In this document: piece by piece, positions 16,341-24,995 of the stretch
Position numbering within the stretch: the stretch's first letter is position 1
Layout of the letters: each line of letters begins with the position of its first letter
Made by a program: the position numbers and the translations under genes
Virus record (IMG/VR): IMGVR_UViG_3300027819_000281
Coordinates: 1 to 24,995 of that record
DNA length: 24,995 nt
Source: a virus
Taxonomy: Duplodnaviria; Caudoviricetes
Strand: one strand, 5' to 3'
Notes under the pieces: model-generated
What the model was told of the DNA's origin: nothing
What the model saw: the letters and a program-made list of their open reading frames with translations, nothing else
Database searches by the model: none

Positions 16341-16777
16341 TAATATCAACTGATAGACTTGATATTTGGATATTCCATAAAAAATATCCAATCTGTATAA
16401 CAACAAACGGATATGTTAAAAATAATACTGGTGAGTGTGTAATGGGAAGAGGAATAGCTTTAGAAGCTAAAATAAAATTTCCAAAATTATCAAAAGAATT
16501 AGGTTTTCAAATAACAAAATATGGGAATAATGTTTTTTACTTTAAAGATTATGATTTATTTTCTTTTCCTGTTAAACATAATTGGTGGGAAAAAGCAGAT
16601 TTAAAATTAATAGAAAAAAGTTGTATTGAATTAGTTAATTTCTGTAATAATAGTAAAATTGACAAATGTTTTTTACCAAAAGTTGGATGTGGTAATGGTC
16701 AATTAAATTGGAAAGATGTAAAACCTGTTTTAGAGTTTATTTTAGATGATAGATTTTTTATTATAGATAAAGGATAG
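16337..16777 (+). CDS. macrodomain protein, DarG/TARG1-like ADP-ribosylhydrolase
   Basis: ITTNG...VMGRGIA, SFPVKHNWWEKADL, LPKVGCGNGQLNW. Confidence 0.85.
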   Translation: MIISTDRLDIWIFHKKYPICITTNGYVKNNTGECVMGRGIALEAKIKFPKLSKELGFQITKYGNNVFYFKDYDLFSFPVKHNWWEKADLKLIEKSCIELVNFCNNSKIDKCFLPKVGCGNGQLNWKDVKPVLEFILDDRFFIIDKG

Positions 16778-16779
16778 TT

Positions 16780-17241
16780 ATGAATTGGAATGAATATATG
16801 TTCAATCTTGTTGATGCTATATCTTTAAAATCAAAAGATAATTCTAATAAAGTTGGCTGTGTTATTGTTGGAGATAATTATGAAATATTATCTACTGGTT
16901 TCAATGGTTTTCCAATAGATGTAGAAGAAAAAGAAAATAGATTTGAAAGACCATTAAAATATTTTTATACAGAGCATGCAGAAAGAAATGCAATATATTT
17001 AGCAGCAAGAAGAGGAACACCACTCACTAATAGTAGAATATATTTAAAGTGGTTCCCATGTGCTGAATGTGCAAGAGCTATTATACAATCTGGTATTAAA
17101 GAAATATTTATTGATGGTAAATCATATAATCCAGATGTTATTTCAGAAAGAGATAAAAGATGGGAAGAAAGTTTTACCCAAGCAAAACTAATGTTATTAG
17201 AAGCAAACATATCAATAAAAATAATTAAAGGAGAAAATTAG
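16780..17241 (+). CDS. dCMP deaminase
   Basis: KSKD...KVGCVIV, STGFNGFP, HAERNAI, PCAECARAIIQSGIK. Confidence 0.92.
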   Translation: MNWNEYMFNLVDAISLKSKDNSNKVGCVIVGDNYEILSTGFNGFPIDVEEKENRFERPLKYFYTEHAERNAIYLAARRGTPLTNSRIYLKWFPCAECARAIIQSGIKEIFIDGKSYNPDVISERDKRWEESFTQAKLMLLEANISIKIIKGEN

Positions 17242-19226
17242 TGTTTAAGTTATCAGATTCTTTTATAGAAAAATATGAAAATAAAAAATCACCATTTGTT
17301 AATAATGTTTTAGGTGAACTTGTTTTTATAAGAACATATTCAAGAATAAAAGAAGATGAAAATAATGAACAGTGGTTTGAAACAGTGAGAAGAGTTGTTG
17401 AAGGTACATATAATATTCAAAAAAATTGGATAGAAAAACACCAACTTGGATGGAATAACTCTAGGGCTCAAAAATCAGCGCAAGAAATGTATGATAGAAT
17501 GTTTCATATGAAATTTCTCCCACCAGGTAGGGGTTTATGGGCAATGGGGAGTGATATAATTAATATAAAAGAATTATATGCAGCTTTAAATAATTGTTCA
17601 TTTGTTTCAACAGCAAATTTAAAAGATGATTTATCAAAACCGTTTTTATTTCTTATGGATATGTCTATGCTTGGTGTTGGAGTTGGTTTTGATACTAAGG
17701 GTGCTGAACAGATAGTTATAAAAGGCCCAAATAATAGAAAAAAAGATTTATATATAATACCAGATTCTAGGGAAGGTTGGGTTGAATCAGTTAAATTATT
17801 GCTAGATTCATATTTTCTTGGTAGTCAACCAATAGAATTTGACTATTCTCAAATAAGGTTAGAGGGTTTACCTATAAAAACTTTTGGTGGTATAAGTTCT
17901 GGTCCAGAACCATTAAAAGATCTACACAAACAATTAGAAAAAATTTTAGATTCACAAATAAATCAACCAATATCAATTACAACAATAGTTGATATAATGA
18001 ATTTAATAGGTAAATGTGTTGTGTCTGGTAATGTTAGAAGATCAGCAGAGATAGTATTTGGTGACTTTAATTCTGAAGAATATTTAGATTTAAAAAATTA
18101 TAAAAAAAATAAACAAAGAGAAAGTTATGGTTGGACATCAAATAATTCAATTTTTGCAGAACTTGGTATGGATTATTCTGATGCTGCTGAAAGAACAAAA
18201 ATAAATGGTGAACCTGGTTATGCTTGGTTAGAAAATATGAAAAATTATTCTAGAATGAATAACGGACCAGATTATAAAGATAAAAGAGTTGCTGGTGGAA
18301 ATCCTTGTTTGGAACAATCATTAGAATCCTACGAATTGTGTTGTTTAGTAGAAACATTTCCATATGAACATGATTCTTTAGAAGATTTTAAAAGAACACT
18401 AAAATATGCATATTTATATGCTAAAACTGTTACATTGGGTAAGACACATTGGTTTGAAACAAATAGAGTAATGTTAAGAAATAGAAGAATAGGTTGTTCA
18501 GTTTCTGGCATAGTTCAATTTCTTAAAAAATACAATATACATGAATTAAAAAAATGGCTAGAAGAAGGTTATAAAACAATTGAAGAGTATGATGAAATAT
18601 ATTCAGATTGGTTTGCAATACCATTGAGTAAAAAGAAAACTTCAGTTAAGCCAAGTGGTACTGTATCAAAACTACGCAATGCAACTCCGGGAGTTCACTT
18701 TCCAGAATCAAGATATTATATACAAAGAATTAGATTAGCAAAAAATAGTCAATTAGTAAAACAATTAGAAAAAGCTGGATATCATATTGAGCCATGTGTT
18801 GGTAGTGAAAAAACTACATCTGTTGTTGAAATTCCAGTTGATATTGGTGAAGGTATACGTTCAGTTGATGAAGTTTCGATGTGGGAACAATTATCATTGG
18901 CTGCTTTTATGCAAAAATATTGGGCAGATAATCAAGTTTCATGCACAATATCTTTTAATCCAAAAACTGAAAGTGAACAAATAAAACATGCATTAAATTA
19001 TTTTCAATATCAATTAAAAGGTATTTCGTTTTTACCAAAATTAGATGGTGGTGCATATCCACAAATGCCATATGAAAAAATTGATGAAAAAAGATATAAT
19101 GAAATGAGTAAAAATCTTAAAAAAATAAATTTTGGTAAAATAAAGGGTGAAGAAGCAGAACTTGACAGGTTTTGTAATAATGATGTTTGTGAAATAGATT
19201 ATTCTCAGCTTAAAAAGGAAAAATAA
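17241..19226 (+). CDS. nrdJ: class II (adenosylcobalamin-dependent) monomeric ribonucleoside-triphosphate reductase
   Basis: GTG start with AAGGAG RBS; RTYSR, LPPGRGLW, ALNNC, GNVRRSAE, NPCLEQSL..ELCCLVE, VKPSGTVS, WADNQVS, C-terminal FCNNDVC. Confidence 0.95.
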   Translation: MFKLSDSFIEKYENKKSPFVNNVLGELVFIRTYSRIKEDENNEQWFETVRRVVEGTYNIQKNWIEKHQLGWNNSRAQKSAQEMYDRMFHMKFLPPGRGLWAMGSDIINIKELYAALNNCSFVSTANLKDDLSKPFLFLMDMSMLGVGVGFDTKGAEQIVIKGPNNRKKDLYIIPDSREGWVESVKLLLDSYFLGSQPIEFDYSQIRLEGLPIKTFGGISSGPEPLKDLHKQLEKILDSQINQPISITTIVDIMNLIGKCVVSGNVRRSAEIVFGDFNSEEYLDLKNYKKNKQRESYGWTSNNSIFAELGMDYSDAAERTKINGEPGYAWLENMKNYSRMNNGPDYKDKRVAGGNPCLEQSLESYELCCLVETFPYEHDSLEDFKRTLKYAYLYAKTVTLGKTHWFETNRVMLRNRRIGCSVSGIVQFLKKYNIHELKKWLEEGYKTIEEYDEIYSDWFAIPLSKKKTSVKPSGTVSKLRNATPGVHFPESRYYIQRIRLAKNSQLVKQLEKAGYHIEPCVGSEKTTSVVEIPVDIGEGIRSVDEVSMWEQLSLAAFMQKYWADNQVSCTISFNPKTESEQIKHALNYFQYQLKGISFLPKLDGGAYPQMPYEKIDEKRYNEMSKNLKKINFGKIKGEEAELDRFCNNDVCEIDYSQLKKEK

Positions 19227-19227
19227 T

Positions 19228-19611
19228 ATGGATAATAAAATAGAGCATGAATATACAGCTGAAATTGTTTGCCCTCATTGTGGGTATAAATATGGAGATT
19301 CTTGGGAATATAACAATGATGATGGAAATAAAATAGAATGTGAATGTTGTGATAAAAAATTTATTTTATCAGTAAATTTCTCAGTAGATTATTCTACATC
19401 AAAAATTGATTGTGAAGAAGAAAAAAAAGAACACACATATATATTTAGTCATTTTTATCATAAAGAAAGAAAATATGGTAAAGGTCTTGATTATATAATC
19501 TTACCAGAAGAAGAACAAAAATTTTATAAAATATATATATGTGAAATATGTGATAATAATAAATATGATGAAATAACAAAAGAAGAATATTTAAAAGAAA
19601 ATAAAATATGA
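19228..19611 (+). CDS. multi-CxxC zinc-finger hypothetical protein
   Basis: CPHCG, CECC, C..H, CEICD. Confidence 0.75.
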   Translation: MDNKIEHEYTAEIVCPHCGYKYGDSWEYNNDDGNKIECECCDKKFILSVNFSVDYSTSKIDCEEEKKEHTYIFSHFYHKERKYGKGLDYIILPEEEQKFYKIYICEICDNNKYDEITKEEYLKENKI

Positions 19612-19877
19612 ATATATATATAACACCAACAATATTTAGCTCTATAGATTTCACGCCTAAAAAAGCAATGATTATACAAACAAATGCAATTGATATTTCT
19701 GGATTAGTAAATGATATTTCAACATGTCACGCAAATTTTCATATACCAACAGAAGATGAAATATTAGATGAAATAGGTGAAAATATTAAAAAAGAATTTA
19801 TTTCTTTAATGAAAGAAAAAAAATACAAAGATATACCAAGTAAAGAATTTAGAATGATACAATATTTATTGAGTTAA
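19608..19877 (+). CDS. hypothetical protein (89 aa)
   Basis: ATGA overlap; no motif. Confidence 0.65.
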   Translation: MNIYITPTIFSSIDFTPKKAMIIQTNAIDISGLVNDISTCHANFHIPTEDEILDEIGENIKKEFISLMKEKKYKDIPSKEFRMIQYLLS

Positions 19878-19881
19878 AACT

Positions 19882-20154
19882 ATGAGTAAATTAATATTAG
19901 CAACGCTTAAAGATGAAAATAATGAAATTGAAAATTTTTATGAACTCGACACAGATTGGATTAATGATTTTAATGAAGGATTTAAAAAATTAGATGTACC
20001 AAATAAAGAAAAAATATATCAAGCAGAATTAGTTTCATTTTTAGCTAAAAGTATTATAGACGAATTTATACAGTCAGATGACGATAAACAATTTAAAGCT
20101 AATACATTACCATTAGAGGCTATATTATCAGAATTATTATTTAAAACAAAATAA
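19882..20154 (+). CDS. hypothetical protein (90 aa)
   Basis: Tightly spaced in operon; no motif. Confidence 0.7.
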   Translation: MSKLILATLKDENNEIENFYELDTDWINDFNEGFKKLDVPNKEKIYQAELVSFLAKSIIDEFIQSDDDKQFKANTLPLEAILSELLFKTK

Positions 20155-20367
20155 ATGGAAAACAAAAACGAATTAAAATGCCCAACACCAAATTGTGATG
20201 GCAAAGAATTTAAAACAGAGAGTGTTAAACCAGAAACTTTTACTGTTGTTGATCAAAAAGCTGATGTTTTATATGGAAGTACTTTATATACATATAGATG
20301 TCTTAAGTGCCAAAAAGCATTTACTTCACATTTAGCACCACAAAATAAGAAAATATTACATGGATAA
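20155..20367 (+). CDS. zinc-ribbon protein (70 aa)
   Basis: CPTPNC and YRCLKC. Confidence 0.72.
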   Translation: MENKNELKCPTPNCDGKEFKTESVKPETFTVVDQKADVLYGSTLYTYRCLKCQKAFTSHLAPQNKKILHG

Positions 20368-20372
20368 AAATA

Positions 20373-20402
20373 TTTACAAGTTACAAGTTTTTAATTTAAT
20401 TT
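20373..20402 (+). promoter_or_regulatory. possible promoter upstream of metallophosphoesterase
   Basis: AAAAATATTTACAAGT identical to the 16-mer at 7291-7306; -10 less clear (TAATTT/TAAAAT). Confidence 0.4.
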
Positions 20403-20415
20403 AAAATTAAAAAAT

Positions 20416-21474
20416 ATGAGTAGAATACAGCATAGCAAAGATTTTAATATATGGCAAGAATTTTTTAATAAAAAGAAACATTTAAATGATTATGAGATTT
20501 CAAAATTTGCAGTTGAAAAATTTGGTGGTAGTAGACAAACTTGGACAAGTAGATTTGAAAGTATAAGACAATTATCAAAAAATAATGAACAATTATTACC
20601 TAAAAATAAATTACAAGAAGAACATGAAAAAGCAGATAATGCTTTTCTAACATTTATAGGAAAAGATTATCCATATATACAACCAAAAAAGAATTATAGT
20701 AAAAAAATTATAAATGAAAAAATTATAAATGTTTCTGACCCACACGAACCATATTCATTTCAACCTGTTTGGGATGATATATATAAAAATCATCATGATG
20801 CAGCTCATATACACGTAAATGGTGACATTGCAGATTTTTATTCAAAAAGTAGATTTAAGAAAACAGTTCATGAAGAATTTAGTAATGAATTAAAAGTTAT
20901 ATTTGAACGTCTAGAATGGTTATCGACTAATTGGAAAAAAATTACTTTAATTAGAGGCAATCATGATAATAGAGTTGAAAAATTAATGGCAAGCCTTGTA
21001 AATTCTGATATGTTATTTTTAACAAAAACAGATCTTCTTAGTTATCTATGTGCTTTTTTTGATAATATAGAATTAGTTGGTGAAAGAATAACAAGCACTG
21101 ATGGAACAGTGGCTGATATAGATTTTATTTGGCAATGTGGTGATATAATTTTTACTCATATTGAAAGAAGTCAAAAACAAAGTAGTGGTTTATTAGAAAC
21201 AATTTCTAATCAAATGCATAGATGGAGTAAGATGTTTAATCTTAAACCCTATAGAGTTATAATGCAGGGCCACAATCACAGATGTACTTTTGACACTAAT
21301 GGTGCAGAATATCTTTATATATGTCCAATGGCAGCATGTTTAACTACAAACGGATTGAAATATGCATTATCCCCTTCACTAAACGGAGTTCCACCTATAA
21401 CAGGTTATATTGAGATATATCAAAAAGATGGTATAACTGATGTTAATAAAACAAGAATTAAAATATTTGAATAA
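20416..21474 (+). CDS. calcineurin-like metallophosphoesterase with N-terminal HTH-like extension
   Basis: SDPHEP (DxH), NGDIAD (GDxxD), RGNHDNR, FTH, GHNH. Confidence 0.85.
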   Translation: MSRIQHSKDFNIWQEFFNKKKHLNDYEISKFAVEKFGGSRQTWTSRFESIRQLSKNNEQLLPKNKLQEEHEKADNAFLTFIGKDYPYIQPKKNYSKKIINEKIINVSDPHEPYSFQPVWDDIYKNHHDAAHIHVNGDIADFYSKSRFKKTVHEEFSNELKVIFERLEWLSTNWKKITLIRGNHDNRVEKLMASLVNSDMLFLTKTDLLSYLCAFFDNIELVGERITSTDGTVADIDFIWQCGDIIFTHIERSQKQSSGLLETISNQMHRWSKMFNLKPYRVIMQGHNHRCTFDTNGAEYLYICPMAACLTTNGLKYALSPSLNGVPPITGYIEIYQKDGITDVNKTRIKIFE

Positions 21475-21486
21475 GAAAGATAAGTT

Positions 21487-21711
21487 ATGATAGAAAAATA
21501 TATTCATCATGGAAAAGAAGTTGCAGTTGTTTCTGAAGTAAAAGGAAAACATAGAAATCACTGTTTATGTTTTCTAGGCTGTATTTATTTTAAACCTAAT
21601 ACAGCAGAAAATTGTGAAATAGCTCAATCAAACTTTGATTTATGTGTTAAATATAACTTAGTAACACCAGTTTATGAATGCAGTAAATTTGAGCAAAAAT
21701 TAACACCCTAA
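21487..21711 (+). CDS. Cys-rich small protein (74 aa)
   Basis: HCLCFLGC...NCEIA...LC...YEC, six Cys. Confidence 0.75.
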   Translation: MIEKYIHHGKEVAVVSEVKGKHRNHCLCFLGCIYFKPNTAENCEIAQSNFDLCVKYNLVTPVYECSKFEQKLTP

Positions 21712-21736
21712 AATGTTAATGTTTTAGGGTGTTTTT
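21702..21736 (+). terminator. intrinsic terminator
   Basis: AACACCCTAAAA / TTTTAGGGTGTT 12-bp stem followed by T tract, overlapping the stop of the Cys-rich gene. Confidence 0.85.
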
Positions 21737-21850
21737 ATATTACAAAAGCTATTAGAGCACTTATAAGACAATTACTTTAATAAGTTAATATTTCCTACAT
21801 ATAATGGTTTTTATGCTGCTTAAAAGTCAAATCTCAAACAAAATACAAAA

Positions 21851-22771
21851 ATGAAAAATTATATTACAGGTGGGGGAGTAGCTGGATTAGTATCTGCATT
21901 TTATAATAAAGATTATAAAATGATAACAGATAAAATAGGTGGTTGGCAAAATTTAAATAAATTTCAATTAGGTCCAAGATTACTTGAAGTTAATAATGCT
22001 ACAATTTCTTTTATGAATAAATTAGGGTTTTCTAATATTAATACAAAAGAAATTCATATTGGATATATGTATGAAGATGATGTAATAAGATCTTGGCCAA
22101 CAGATATTTTTAAAATAAAATATGCTTATAAAACAAGAGAACTTGAAGAAGGACAAATTCATAATTCTATTCTTTCATCTGGTAAAAAAAGTTTTATAGT
22201 TTTTGATATTGATTATGATTTAATATTAAAAAGATTAGAAGAATTAGTTTTAGATAGAATTTTTATGGGTAAAATTATAAAAATAGATACAGATAAATGC
22301 CTTATCAATTATAAAGACGGAAATTTTGATGTAACATCAGAATATGATAATTTAATAAATACATTACCAGCAACTTTATTTCAAAAACTATCAAATCTTA
22401 TAGATCTTGAAGAACATGACTTTACAGCTTTTCATACTACATTTTTTAAATGTGATTATAATGATTATTTAAGAAAAATAAAAAATGAATTAAATTTAGA
22501 TTATATTTATTCAATTTCTTCTACACATTGGCATAGATGTAACTTTTTTGATCATTATGTTGTTTTTGAAGTTAAGGGTAAAACAGATATATTAATGGAT
22601 AATTATTCTGTATTAGATAAAGTAACCTTACCGTTTGCTCAAATAAAATTTTCATATAATGATTGTAATACTACAAAACATAATATAAAACACATTGGAA
22701 GATTTGCGCAGTGGAACCACTCTATAAAAATGGAACAATTAATAGAAAGATTTGAAAAACAAAATGGATAG
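21851..22771 (+). CDS. FAD-dependent oxidoreductase, UDP-galactopyranose mutase/HemY-like fold
   Basis: ITGGGVAGL (GxGxxG), IGG, GPR, YDNLINTLP, C-terminal HIGRFAQWNH. Confidence 0.78.
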   Translation: MKNYITGGGVAGLVSAFYNKDYKMITDKIGGWQNLNKFQLGPRLLEVNNATISFMNKLGFSNINTKEIHIGYMYEDDVIRSWPTDIFKIKYAYKTRELEEGQIHNSILSSGKKSFIVFDIDYDLILKRLEELVLDRIFMGKIIKIDTDKCLINYKDGNFDVTSEYDNLINTLPATLFQKLSNLIDLEEHDFTAFHTTFFKCDYNDYLRKIKNELNLDYIYSISSTHWHRCNFFDHYVVFEVKGKTDILMDNYSVLDKVTLPFAQIKFSYNDCNTTKHNIKHIGRFAQWNHSIKMEQLIERFEKQNG

Positions 22772-23675
22772 ACTTAAAAGAATATTTGATATACAAAAAA
22801 ACTTTACAAATAAATATCATGAATATCAAAATATTGATGTAGATAATTTAGAACAAAAACAACAACAAACTAAAGAGTATATTTTGTGTCTCATTAAAGA
22901 ATCTACTGAAATATTGGATGAAATAAATTGGAAGCAACACAAACTCAATAAACAAAAAATATTAGAAGATAATATAATAGAAGAGTCAATTGATTCATTT
23001 AAATATTTATTGAATATAATCCAATTATGGAATTTTGATGATAATAAATTTTTTGATGAATTTGAAAGAAAATCTATTGTAGTAGCTCAAAAATTTGAGC
23101 AAGAAAAATTATTAAAATTTTCAAATAAAGAAAAAGTTGCTATATTAGATATTGATGGTATTTTATATCCTTGGCCAAAAGAGTTTTTAAGATTTTGTCT
23201 TTATTATAATATTAATTATAAATTTAAAAATTTATATGATTTTGAATCTTCAATTGATTTATCTGAAAGATTGAAAATAAAAGATGAATATAGAAAAAGT
23301 GGTATTAAAGCAACTGCAAATGTCATCGATGGAGCAGTTGAGTTTACGAATAAATTAAAAGAACTTGGATATACTATAATACTTGTTACAGCAAGACCCT
23401 ATCAAAAATATCAAAGAATATATGCTGATACATTACAATGGTTGAATAATCATAAGATACAGTTTGATGCTATTATATGGGAAGAACAAAAAGAAAAATA
23501 TCTTATAGAGAAATTTCCAAATGCTAAATTCGTTGTTGAAGATGATATTGAAAATGCTTTAATTTTATCAAGAAATGGTTTTAAAGTATATTTAAAAAAT
23601 ACTATTTATAATGAATCAAAAGCAACAACAGAAAACATTATAAGATTTAATAATTTTAATGAAATTGAATTATGA
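22764..23675 (+). CDS. fusion: all-alpha dNTP pyrophosphatase (dimeric dUTPase/MazG/dCTPase-like) + HAD 5'(3')-deoxyribonucleotidase
   Basis: N-domain LIKESTEILDEINWKQHK...IIEESIDSFKY; C-domain LDIDGILY (DxD), LVTARP, K, VEDD. ATG at 22764 preferred over TTG at 22752. Confidence 0.82.
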   Translation: MDRLKRIFDIQKNFTNKYHEYQNIDVDNLEQKQQQTKEYILCLIKESTEILDEINWKQHKLNKQKILEDNIIEESIDSFKYLLNIIQLWNFDDNKFFDEFERKSIVVAQKFEQEKLLKFSNKEKVAILDIDGILYPWPKEFLRFCLYYNINYKFKNLYDFESSIDLSERLKIKDEYRKSGIKATANVIDGAVEFTNKLKELGYTIILVTARPYQKYQRIYADTLQWLNNHKIQFDAIIWEEQKEKYLIEKFPNAKFVVEDDIENALILSRNGFKVYLKNTIYNESKATTENIIRFNNFNEIEL

Positions 23676-24097
23676 AAGAATCTATAATAATATTAGATGG
23701 GATTGATAGAAGTGGAAAAACATCGCTTAAAAATGAATTAATAAAACAGTCAAATGGGAAATGTTTAGTAATTGATAGAGCTTTTATATCACAAATAGTT
23801 TATAATAGAATATTTAAAAGAGAAATAAATGAAACTTTTTTTAAAAACCAAGCAACTTATTGTTTTCGTTTGGGATATAAGTTTGTATATTTATATGCAA
23901 ATAAAAATGATATAAAATATAGAGTAAGAAATACTAATGAAAAAGATATTAGTGAAAAAGATATAAACACACATAAAAAAATATTTGACAGTGTAATAAA
24001 AGAATTTGAAAAACTTAATATAAAAATATATAAATACAATACTAGTTTATATACTGTTGATGGACTTGTAAAGAAGATTTTTAATAACATTGAGTAA
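23672..24097 (+). CDS. deoxynucleoside monophosphate (thymidylate-like) kinase
   Basis: P-loop LDGIDRSGKTS and DRAFISQIVY motif; ATGA overlap. Confidence 0.82.
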   Translation: MKESIIILDGIDRSGKTSLKNELIKQSNGKCLVIDRAFISQIVYNRIFKREINETFFKNQATYCFRLGYKFVYLYANKNDIKYRVRNTNEKDISEKDINTHKKIFDSVIKEFEKLNIKIYKYNTSLYTVDGLVKKIFNNIE

Positions 24098-24103
24098 ATT
24101 TAT

Positions 24104-24995
24104 ATGAAAGCAATTTTTATTACTGGTGAAAGTGGAACAATACCTATGGCTATTCAGAGAATAGTTGTAGATAAACATCTCACTGCTATTGTAAATTCTC
24201 AATTAAGTGACAACTTTGATTATGATAAGTATAAAACACACCAAAGTTTTAAAATAAGAAAACCTGAAATAGATTTTCTTAATAGAGAATTATTATTTAA
24301 AATATTTAAAGAAAAATTTGATAGTTATAATGAAATAACTCATATTATTCATTCTGGTGCTTATGTTGGAACTGATTTTTGTGCAGCAAATCCATTAGAT
24401 GCTATAAGAACAAATATTGAAGGTACTAAAAATATAGTAGATATCTGTAACACTTTTAATATTAAGCTTATTTATTTTTCTACAACTGCAATTTTTGACC
24501 CAAAAGATTATTCTGAAGATAAGCCAATAACAGAAAACACAAAAATTAATCCTCAAACATTATATGGTATTACTAAATATGCTGGAGAAATGATAGTTGA
24601 AAAAGAGTGTAAAGCTTTATTTACTATTGTTAGGCCAGTTTTTGGATTCAGCGATTATCCAGATGATTTACACAGTGCATTAACAAAAATTATTTATAAT
24701 ATAATATATAATTTAAAAAATAACACTAATATTAAATTAGATGTTTTGTTGAATAGAAATATAAATAAATCATATACTAGAGTTGAGAATATAGCTGATT
24801 GTGTATTAAACATAATAAGAAATGATTATTTTTTAAACGTTTTTAATATTGGTATAAATTATAAAGAATCTGTTGATTGGTATTATTTATTTGAAGTAAT
24901 TAAAGATGAAATTCTAGTTTTTCAAGAACATTTTGAAAATTTACAAAATCTAGAAAACATATATTCAAACATAGTTTTTTATCATAAAAAAGATT
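24104..24995 (+). CDS. NAD(P)-dependent NDP-sugar epimerase/reductase (extended SDR), truncated by window end
   Basis: Not in ORF track. MKAIFITGESGTIP, HSGAYVG, TNIEGTKN, STTAIFD, YGITK, FNIG; open to base 24995. Confidence 0.88.
   Translation, partial: MKAIFITGESGTIPMAIQRIVVDKHLTAIVNSQLSDNFDYDKYKTHQSFKIRKPEIDFLNRELLFKIFKEKFDSYNEITHIIHSGAYVGTDFCAANPLDAIRTNIEGTKNIVDICNTFNIKLIYFSTTAIFDPKDYSEDKPITENTKINPQTLYGITKYAGEMIVEKECKALFTIVRPVFGFSDYPDDLHSALTKIIYNIIYNLKNNTNIKLDVLLNRNINKSYTRVENIADCVLNIIRNDYFLNVFNIGINYKESVDWYYLFEVIKDEILVFQEHFENLQNLENIYSNIVFYHKKD

Noticed and set aside
11041-18984. Alternate-frame + strand ORFs 11041..11274 and 18787..18984
   Set aside because: Fully nested in the exonuclease and nrdJ genes, K/L-rich off-frame composition, no RBS.
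8239-19226. Inteins or introns in recombinase, helicase or RNR; CRISPR array or IS elements
   Set aside because: Protein lengths are normal with contiguous motifs; no regularly spaced repeats or transposase motifs were seen.
1331-24090. All minus-strand ORFs in the track (e.g. 7551..8000, 12927..13301, 9686..9874)
   Set aside because: They lie antisense to well-supported + strand genes, have low-complexity F/S/I/L composition typical of shadow frames and show no motifs.
1-24995. Genome-wide TAG reassignment (genetic code 15)
   Set aside because: Only one internal TAG was found; thousands of codons in long genes have none, and TAG ends genes at 873, 1701, 10797, 16777, 17241 and 22771.

Overview
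Very AT-rich, densely packed window with all credible genes on the + strand. It reads as part of a large (jumbo/huge) dsDNA phage genome with a T4-like replication/recombination kit rather than a cellular chromosome. From left to right: (1) a nucleotide-sugar cluster (GNAT, extended SDR, ColD-type PLP enzyme with His at the Schiff-base position, split minimal ThDP enzyme alpha/beta, RmlC-like epimerase, HldE/RfaE-type heptose kinase) interleaved with small unknown ORFs; (2) gp32-like SSB, UvsX/RecA, an amber-interrupted small gene missed by the ORF track, an initiator-type tRNA-Met(CAT), a 5'-3' exonuclease/RNase H and a DnaB/gp41-like helicase; (3) GroEL with no adjacent GroES, a DUF4494-like protein, a DarG/TARG1-like macrodomain, dCMP deaminase, a monomeric class II ribonucleotide reductase, several Zn-ribbon proteins and a metallophosphoesterase; (4) after a strong terminator, the start of a probable DNA-modification operon (flavoprotein, dNTP-pyrophosphatase/HAD nucleotidase fusion, dNMP kinase, SDR running off the window). 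The best candidates for new biology are a phage-encoded branched-chain 3,6-dideoxysugar pathway and the nucleotide-depletion/sugar operon at the right end. All family calls come from motif recognition by eye; no database search was run.
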